Shown in pieces: positions 55,716 to 64,000 of a stretch of DNA of 64,000 bases. Position 1 is the stretch's first letter, and each line of letters opens with the position of its first letter. The position numbers were made by a program, and so were the translations under genes. Location: IMG/VR virus record IMGVR_UViG_3300040801_002079, positions 62,001 through 126,000 of that record, one strand, 5' to 3'. The notes beneath the pieces were generated by a model. The model did not search any database. It was not told where the DNA came from and saw only the letters and a list, made by a program, of their open reading frames with translations.

Positions 55716-57443
55716 TGGAAATTAGTAAAGATATTTTAAATAGTGTGCTTGAAAATGGTGAATATGAAGCAATAATAGAAAAAAATCTTCATAGTGGACC
55801 CCATTATAGTATGGTATTCGAAATGGATGATAAACTGTATAAGGCTTATTATATAGAGGGGTCACATGGACCCCGTTGGTTATCACCCAAACCTTCAAGC
55901 GAAACGGCTGAATGCACTGAGGTTGTACGAAAGGAAGAAACTCGTATCGTAATTGGATACGTTGATGTACACGAGGAACCCTCTACTACACCCATGTCAT
56001 TGGATTATTATCTATAGGTATTAGCCGTTAGTTCTCTAGCTACCGATTGGTGGCATGGATAAGTATGAAAAGAAATGGAGGATAGTCATGAGCGAAAACT
56101 ATCAGAAAACGATACGTGAGCTTAATGCAACCATCGAAGAATTACAGTACAGATTGTCCCATTGTGTTGAGTTATTAAAGACTGCCAAGTGTCCATCAGG
56201 GTGTAATGGTAAATGCACATGGTGTTATGAGAGAGAAATAGAGGTCAGAGCACATTAATGAAAAGTGATTGCAAATTAAGCACAGATTTTTATCTGGGAC
56301 TTGTCAGTTTAGAAAAATATAAAGATGCTAAATCCACGGCAATGGCTAGATTTGGTATAAAAAAGAGTAAACGAGTTCATTATAATGATGTTATGGACGA
56401 AGTAATCAAGATATTAATAGAATATAATGCTGTAACATTCGAAGATGAATTCACCCTTGAATAAAAATAATGAGATAAATATGACCGTGTACTCACAAAT
56501 GATTAAAGAATTGGATACGATTATCAATTCAAGTGAGCGTACAGAACTGGAAAAGGACTTGGCTGAGACCTTGAAGCTGAGTATTAATTATATTAAGGAT
56601 ATGAAAAATGATTATAAAGTGTGACCTTTGTGGTAAAAAGACAACCCAGATAAATTCCCCCGCCAGTATGTTGAAAGATGTTGAAAACCTTGATGGCATG
56701 TGTAACGATTGCATGGAGCGAATGAATGTCGCTTTAAAGGAAGCCAGAGTTGTGGCCCATAAAGTCATCAGTGATGCGATGGTCGCAGAAGCTGAAAAAA
56801 TAAGGAATGAGCAGTGAAAACCAGCATTCTTTATCTACTGTTAAGTGTTTTCTTCATTTTAACATGGTTGGGATTTTATAATTCCTACGCTATGAAAGAA
56901 GAAATTAACGGCCTGAATGCCTCACTTGGAAACCTGTTTGCAGATTATTGTAAAGACCATGGCGGTGTTACTATTGTAAAAGATGTGCAGATTTACTTAC
57001 CTGATATTAAAAATAAGGAAGACCTTACGATGGCCTCATGCCGAGATGGAGACTATTACGGGATTCTTCTCATTAATAAGCACACACAAAAAGTTATCTA
57101 TTACATAACCGAGGATTAATATGCAAGGATTTATAACAGGAACCATACTTGGCGTAGCCGGGGGCATCATAGGATCATATCTATTTTTTAAATTCGTAAT
57201 TGCTCCCAAACTTCTCAACATTCAAATAGCTTATAATAATTTAAGAGTAGCTTCTACCGCACTTTTTAAAGACAGTTCAGTTTTACTGGCGTTTCAAAAT
57301 GTATTTGCACAGAGATTAATTGACGTTGAGGAAAAGCTGGACATAGAAAGCTTAACACCCGAAGATTACAAAGCCATTCAATATGATGTTATCGCATCTA
57401 TTGAATCTTATGCAAAAGAACCGGACTTTTAATAAATAATATT

Positions 57444-57674
57444 ATGAAACTACACGAAGTATGCAAAGATGCATTGGATAAACCAACACCGACTCTTGAT
57501 GATTTGGTAAAAAAGTATGACCTTTCAAAAGAGGAACTTCAATCTCAGCTTGACATGGGCATTGAAGTAGAATTTGAGCACACATCGGATAAAAAGGTAG
57601 CTAAGGAGATTGCATTAGATCATCTAGCCGAAGACCCAAAATATTACGATAAACTCAAAAAAGTTGAAGAATAG
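57444..57674 (+). CDS. DUF5661-like late protein
   Basis: QL.MGIEVE.EHT.D...A.EIALDHL.EDP.YY.KL; AATAAATA-N5-ATG. Confidence 0.75.
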   Translation: MKLHEVCKDALDKPTPTLDDLVKKYDLSKEELQSQLDMGIEVEFEHTSDKKVAKEIALDHLAEDPKYYDKLKKVEE

Positions 57675-59004
57675 TTTGCATCTCACCTCCTAATATTGTA
57701 TAATTAGTCCAAATAATGTTGATACTGTCTATAGTTCTAGCATTACTAAGCTGTTCAGTAACAACGTATGTACTTTTTAAAGATCGCTCATCCTTTGTGA
57801 GCAGAGAATCAAGTACAACCAATAAAGTCCTTATAATTTTAAGTGTAACGCTCATAATTATAACATTATTGGTCTACCTTTTGGAGAAATTTGGATGATG
57901 TTTTTACAAATCGGAATTTATGTATTGATTGCCATAGTAACCTCCCTTCTGATTGCCGCATATGATGGTGGACAGCGATGGGGAGCCGGAACGTGTTTAT
58001 TTTTGGGAGCAACATGGCCCATATCCCTTTCCATTATGCTGTGGATTGTAATTCGTAGAAAAATAGGGGGAAGATAATGATTTATAATGTTCCAAAAAAT
58101 ATGAAAGTAGAGGAAACACACAAGGTTTGTGAACACCACAAGAAGCATCCCGATGATGTATCTTATCCCGGATGCACATGCTACCACTCTTGGACGGCAA
58201 AGTTTGACATTCCACTTCCAACATATTATGGTGTATCATTATGCATGTAAAAGAATTTAACATTATAACCGACTACACCAAAACTGGCACCATAGAGTGT
58301 GAGGACGGCACAATTGCCGTGGCTAATAATCTTTCATGCGGAGTATGTGGTGACGATACCGAATTTGAGCCTCTCATATCGGATGGAAACAACTGGCACT
58401 GTGTTAAATGTTGGACTGATGCTGGTCACGAGCCTCCAACTGAAGGCACCAAGATGCGATTGAATGAAGCTAAAATGACCACACGAATGAATTGCCTTAT
58501 CAGGAATATGTGATGAGATACGCAGTTATAGCAACCATCATAACCATAGCATTAACTGTTATGCTTGCCGTAACGTTTTTAAGCTTTATGACCAGCTATA
58601 ACAATGATAGTGCTTCAATACGCGATATCATAGGGAATGGTATGCTATTCCTTTCCTTTTTGATATCATCTTGCATCATTGTTCAAATATTCTTTGTGTG
58701 GGTTTTCTCCAATCAAGTTGAGAAACTGAAGAGTATTTTGGATACCAAAAATAAAGAAATTAGTGCCTTGCGCGGTGAAGTAAAGCGAGTGAAGGAAGAC
58801 GTAGACTTGCTGCTATGAAAAATCTAATGAATTTCATCGATGATTATATTCTAACATCGTGGCATTTCTTTGTAGCAGTCTCGCTGGGTACAATTTTCGG
58901 CTTAGAAAACGTAATACCCATATATTCTCTTATCTGGCTTATGTTATTCGGGGCAGCATCTTTTCTATTTTTATTCAAGTATCGTAAAATGTATAAATAC
59001 TCAC

Positions 59005-59469
59005 ATGAAACTCAAAGACATCAAAAAGCCAGAAAAGCGTAACCCCGTAGCTAAAAATATGGGCATTAATAAAGCTTCTACTCATAAAGATAAGAAGAAA
59101 GCCCAAAGAACTCCTCGTAAGAACCAAAAGCATAAAGGTAAAATGTTTGAATCCTTTATAGTTCTTTGTGAGGAAGCTAAGGTTTGGACAAAAGATGAAA
59201 TCAAAGAAAAGCTTAAAACAGATGACCGATGGCTTATTCGTGCACTATTAGCAATCTACAACAAGCAAACAGAGGATGAGCAGGCAAATGACATGACTGC
59301 ACATTATAATAATGTTGGATTTAACGGTCTAGATGCTGAATGGCTTTCAAAGATGGCTAGGTTTTACAAAGATCGTGGGTTCCTATCGCCTAAGCAATTA
59401 ATGCACGTTCGTAAAAAAATGCTAAAATATTCAGGCCAACTGGCTAAGATCGCAAATAAAAAGATTTGA
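59005..59469 (+). CDS. Late protein with a basic N-terminal peptide fused to a conserved QT.DEQ...N.VGF..D...LS.KQ domain
   Basis: TATAAATA-N5-ATG; NPVAKN...HKDKKK; MFESF linker. Confidence 0.7.
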   Translation: MKLKDIKKPEKRNPVAKNMGINKASTHKDKKKAQRTPRKNQKHKGKMFESFIVLCEEAKVWTKDEIKEKLKTDDRWLIRALLAIYNKQTEDEQANDMTAHYNNVGFNGLDAEWLSKMARFYKDRGFLSPKQLMHVRKKMLKYSGQLAKIANKKI

Positions 59470-61108
59470 TTTCCTAAGATTATCGTAGTATAATTGTGCC
59501 ATGAATAAATGGCATGATGACATAACCCCCTCCGACCTAACATTCACAGGTATGAATACGACTGAATTTGCTCGTAGCTCCCTGCTTACCCGACTGTTAA
59601 GCGATCTATCAAATCGTAAAATATCACTTGGTGTATCGCATGGGACAGTGGTTGATACCTTTTCTGTATTGACTCAAAATGAAGATGTGCCAAACATTAT
59701 AGAACATTTAATGGTTGATATGCTTGCCACTTTAATTTGTGAAAATCCCAAATTTATAGAGGATTATATTGAAGCAAATATCGGCAGAAAATTGCAGAAG
59801 GCGGCGTTAGAAGAAATTGCAGGGAAGTTTGAGATAGATGATCTGAAAAAAGAACCCCCTTTTCCCTTTAATTCACCATGGTCCAATGAGCTTAATAAAT
59901 TAAAAAATGAACAATTTAATTTTTGGTGGGATTATGAAGATGATGAGGTTGTCATATTTGCGGAATATGCGGGCATAGATGGTGAAATATGTCGAATATT
60001 TTTCGAGGATGAATATGAACAACAGGATGCTGAGAATGAAGCTGAACGCATCATACAGAAATTATATAATGATGAAGTAAACATCGGAGATTTCATTAAG
60101 TCCGATCAATCTTTAATATTAGTCGATGATTTGCCAGAATATATTAAGAGTTGGATTAATCGCTCTAGTACGATGTTTTCATCAGGATCAGATGATTATT
60201 TGGTGTGGGATTCTACTAATGCATCATCTTATTCTAAATTAACTGCCGTTACTACCTCAGCAACAGGATATACTAAATGGTGGAACCCATGATAGGCTCA
60301 GAATATATTTGTGAAATACATGGTAAGTATATACAAGAGGGTGAATCAAAGGAATGCCCTGTTTGTGAATATTACAAGTACACCAATTTCCCGGAAGAAT
60401 ATGAGTGGGATGAAGAGGAAGACTAAATGTACATGAAAGAAGTTTTTAGAGTGTTCGATATTGTCATTGAAGACTGTCCCGCCCATCTGAGCCTGACTCA
60501 AGCTGTGTGGGCTGCGCATAATCACCTTCAGACAATAGATGGTGCATCGGTTGAGTGGTCTCCTTCTACCCCATCTACAATACGTTTACGATTTGAGGAA
60601 CATGTTAGTGCCCACAATGTGATGCTTGATATTATAGATGAACTATCATCAATGGGTTATAAATAGTTGTATGATTGATTTTGATTTCAAATTCAGATGG
60701 TTCAGGCTACTATATGTTGGCGTTATTTCGGCAACCATATTTTTCTTTTATGGGTGGATTCCAGCCGCGTTATGTATGCTTACCGTTATAGATATTAATT
60801 TTGATGAAGACCTATTTAAAGTTGAATCTTCCGATGAAGATGATTTAGTCGATTTATTAAATGAAGATGATCGGGGATACGGACCCAACTCGTAATGGTT
60901 TTTACTCAACTGCTCTTACTTTCCGTTCTTATAATGTTAGTAGGAGCACTAGCCCCATTAGGACTTTTTCATTTATTACCAGCCGCTTTTAGTAATATCT
61001 TAGGTTTTGTAGGAATAATGACCATATCCATTGGACTTATAGTTTATGGTGTGTTATTATATGCTTCAACATTGCAGATTTTATTTAAGAGATTAGGTTG
61101 GATAAAAA

Positions 61109-61837
61109 ATGGATAAAACAAATTTAGGTGACCGCATGAAAGGCTATGAGGTTGTACCACGAGTGCAACTGATGCGCCGTACACCTGTTATTATGCGATT
61201 AGATGGAAAGGCGTTTCATACTTATACTCGTCATGAACTGTATAATGATGAAGGAGCGTTCAGTAATCGCTTAAAGGAAATCTTTGCTAACTCCGTGTTC
61301 AGCCTGATTCAAGAAATTCAGGGTGCCGCGTTTGCATATTTGCAATCAGATGAAGTTTCCATCTTAATTACTGATTGGAAAAAGTTAACGACCCACGCAT
61401 GGTTTAATTATAACACTCAAAAAATCACAAGTGTTGCGGCATCAATGTTCACATACTTCTTCAACGAAGAGGCTCGAATGAGAGGCATTGAGTCTCCAGC
61501 ATTTTTTGATGCAAGAGCGTTCAATCTGCCTTTTGAAGAAGTTACAAATTATTTCATCTGGCGACAACAGGATGCAACCAGAAATAGCATTCAGATGCTG
61601 GGAAGGGAATACTTTTCCCACAAGGAATTAAATGGTAAAAATGTGTCTAATATTCAGGACATGTTAATGAATGTGCATGGAGTAAACTGGAATGATATTC
61701 CGACTTGGCACAAGCGAGGGTTTGCTATTAAGTCATTTTTACATGAAGATCGTAGAACTTTTGGAATCGATCCCGAAATTCCAGTGTTTACAAAGAATAG
61801 AGGGTATATAGAAAAACATCTTGTATTTGAAGATTAG
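61109..61837 (+). CDS. Thg1-like tRNA(His) guanylyltransferase / 3'-5' polymerase
   Basis: LGDRMK.YE, RLDGKAFH, YLQSDEVS, FDAR, NYFIWRQQDATRNSI, NWND.P...KRG. Confidence 0.93.
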   Translation: MDKTNLGDRMKGYEVVPRVQLMRRTPVIMRLDGKAFHTYTRHELYNDEGAFSNRLKEIFANSVFSLIQEIQGAAFAYLQSDEVSILITDWKKLTTHAWFNYNTQKITSVAASMFTYFFNEEARMRGIESPAFFDARAFNLPFEEVTNYFIWRQQDATRNSIQMLGREYFSHKELNGKNVSNIQDMLMNVHGVNWNDIPTWHKRGFAIKSFLHEDRRTFGIDPEIPVFTKNRGYIEKHLVFED

Positions 61838-62111
61838 ATAAATACAAGTAGTAAATTTGAAAATAACGCTGGCTAGGGAATTCTCTAGCCAGTGCTATTA
61901 TGGGAGAACTGAAATGTTCAAAAAACTTAAATTAAATCATTACGTTAGCGATTATTTTTGGGAAGATGTGAAGAACCTATCCATTACTTTGCTAATTGTC
62001 ATCGTTATTGGTGGGGCTTGCACCCTAGCAATTTATCATCCGTACATTATTGATTGACACAGATCAATTTATTTGGTAAAGTATTAAAACTTTCACTCAA
62101 TAGGTAAGACT

Positions 62112-62726
62112 ATGAAAATTTTATTTTTGTCGATATGGCTATCGGCTGCGTATTTTTTATACTCAATTCCTTACGAGGATTATATCATCGAAGAGGATTT
62201 GGTTCCCGTGTCTGATGCGGAACTCAATCTTCCTGTTCGTAAAGTTCCACCCAAGGTGGGGCTAGAACCTCTTTTTTCTGAAAGCGAGGTTTTGTGTCTG
62301 CAACAAAACATATTTTTTGAAGCCCGCAATCAGGGCTACGAAGCTAAGATCGCAGTCGCATGGGTTACTTTAAACCGAGTTAACCACTCTCGCCATGCAA
62401 ATGATATATGCGGGGTAGTGAAACACGCTATCTATAAAAATGGTTTGCCGGTTAAAAATCGATGTGCATTTAGTTGGTTCTGTGATCGAAAGCCAGATCG
62501 TCCATCAAATAATAAAATAGAATTACGTGCATGGGACGAAGCCGGATATATTGCGCGAAAATTTTTAATGAATTGTTTAGATGGTAAAACGGAGTTGTGC
62601 CCGGAAGACCCCACTCACGGGGCAACATTTTATTTTAACCCAACTTTAGCTGATCCACACTGGAAAAATGTAAAGGTTAAAACTGTGGCTATCGATGATC
62701 ACGTTTTTTATCGATATAATGATTAA
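62112..62726 (+). CDS. SleB-like cell wall hydrolase (Hydrolase_2)
   Basis: CL..NIFFEARNQ.....AVAWVTLNRV, CAFSWFCD, DPT.GAT.Y, IDDHVFY; N-terminal hydrophobic segment. Confidence 0.9.
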   Translation: MKILFLSIWLSAAYFLYSIPYEDYIIEEDLVPVSDAELNLPVRKVPPKVGLEPLFSESEVLCLQQNIFFEARNQGYEAKIAVAWVTLNRVNHSRHANDICGVVKHAIYKNGLPVKNRCAFSWFCDRKPDRPSNNKIELRAWDEAGYIARKFLMNCLDGKTELCPEDPTHGATFYFNPTLADPHWKNVKVKTVAIDDHVFYRYND

Positions 62727-62969
62727 AATGCTATGAATTGAAATCTTTGACCTTATTGGCTTCAAGTATTTCAAATAACTCAAACACATTCAATGATACC
62801 AACGTGCTACCACCAACTCTTTTTACTAAAAAGAAGGGTACAGGTTTAGCGTCAAACAGCATGTATATGTTTGCAGAAGTCCCATCTAAAAGTGGGAATG
62901 ATTTGCCAACCAAATCATTTAGATTAATATACTCATCCATTATTGTATTTAGTGTTATTTTGAGGTATA

Positions 62970-63482
62970 ATGTTTCATATGAACATTTTAAGTGAAAAAT
63001 GGTGCGTTAGATTTTTACATCTGGCGAGAACTGTATCTAGATGGTCTAAGGACCCCTCAACTCAGGTTGGGGCGGTTATTACATCTATGGAAGGTGATCC
63101 TATATCTTTTGGATATAATGGATTCCCAAAGGGTGTGAGAGAATCTGATGAACGCCTAGAGCGTCCACAAAAATATGATTTCTCTGAACATGCCGAAAGG
63201 AATGCAATATACCTTTCACGGAGAGACTTACGGGATATGGTCATGTATGTGACCTGTTTGCCATGCTGCGACTGTGCCAGAGCTATTATACAATCAGGAA
63301 TAAACATTCTAGTAGTAGATGGTGAGTATCAAAAGACGATAAGGGCTGGAAGCTCTATTTTAACGCCAGATTTTAAACGTCAAAAGGAAAATTCAAGAAT
63401 CATGCTGGAAGAAGCAGGGGTTCAGATTATAGAAAAGTTTACAGCTAATGATATTACTAAATGGGAGAATATAAATGGCTAA
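62970..63482 (+). CDS. dCMP deaminase
   Basis: SKDPSTQVGAVI, GYNGFP, HAERNAI, PCCDCARAIIQSGI. Confidence 0.93.
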   Translation: MFHMNILSEKWCVRFLHLARTVSRWSKDPSTQVGAVITSMEGDPISFGYNGFPKGVRESDERLERPQKYDFSEHAERNAIYLSRRDLRDMVMYVTCLPCCDCARAIIQSGINILVVDGEYQKTIRAGSSILTPDFKRQKENSRIMLEEAGVQIIEKFTANDITKWENING

Positions 63483-64000
63483 AGGTAAGAACAGTAAGAA
63501 AAAGAAAGAAGTGATTGAAGATGTGGAAGAAGTGATCAGTGATGTGGTTGAAGAGATAACGGCTGAAACCAAATTTGTTGATAATTCATTTGCTGAATGC
63601 ATTGCGAGTATTACCAGAATTCCATCTGAACTTTTCGGTGATATTCATGCAAACATTGACCGTGTTGGAGTTGAAGAATGGCATAAGCCATACATTGAGG
63701 TTTTGAAACACCACGGCTATGATATGATATTCTTTGAGTATAATCCGGCTGAACCCATTGGTGGGGACAAGAAGCTTGAAAACATTATGTTTGAGCGTCT
63801 TCCCACCGGTAAGTGCATCATGATGGGGCGTGATTCGGTTCACAACTTTAAGAGTGTTACGGCAATTATTAATGACAAACACTTAGCTAAGGTTGTATTT
63901 GATCCAGCACCCAATGCATCGTTTGTTGAATTGTCACATGTCGGGTTCTTTATTAGAACGTTTATGGAAAGTTCTACTGAAGCCGATGGTTCTTAATCAA

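Larger units (their letters stand above)
2459..61845. promoter_or_regulatory. Dispersed T4-type late promoters NATAAATA
   Basis: Intergenic copies at about 2459, 7574, 10414, 18202, 21183, 21508, 32735, 35550, 39093, 41450, 45625, 46800, 51861, 54407, 57431, 58992, 60658 and 61837, oriented with the downstream gene. Confidence 0.8.

Noticed and set aside
56628-56645. TGTGG-N8-CAACC match to the origin box
   Set aside because: It lies within a coding CGKKTT segment and is isolated, so probably chance
1-64000. Stop-codon reassignment
   Set aside because: Recognised genes are full length in code 11, and TAA, TAG and TGA all end genes; no suppressor tRNA was seen

Overview
This is a 64 kb piece of a large T4-like myovirus (possibly a jumbo phage). 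The evidence is rIIA/rIIB, a T4 Rnl1-type RNA ligase, TATAAATA late promoters, tRNAs and homing endonucleases. No capsid, terminase or polymerase genes lie in the window, so it is an accessory region. From 1 to about 36 kb, most genes are short and on the minus strand, driven by more than 20 copies of a sigma70-type promoter plus CCACGGAG leader. From about 36.6 kb, genes are mostly on the plus strand. The divergence point is non-coding and repeat-rich, resembles an origin, and has a partial twin at 26-27 kb. Highlights: (1) tRNA-Ile2(CAT) split by a group I intron whose HNH ORF runs through the ribozyme core; (2) at least 9 late genes with exact NATAAATA-N5-ATG spacing, predicting leaderless late mRNAs; (3) unrelated late proteins sharing an MK(L/I)xx(L/I/V)xE N-terminal tag that resembles a T4 capsid-targeting signal, suggesting a virion-delivered enzyme set; (4) many candidate structured ncRNAs, including two tRNA mimics and a pair of covarying RNAs between convergent promoters; (5) a GIY-YIG endonuclease that split a cytidylyltransferase gene and supplies a recoded N-terminus. 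All calls come from motif recognition by eye. No database searches or folding programs were run, and many small hypothetical ORFs are not listed individually.
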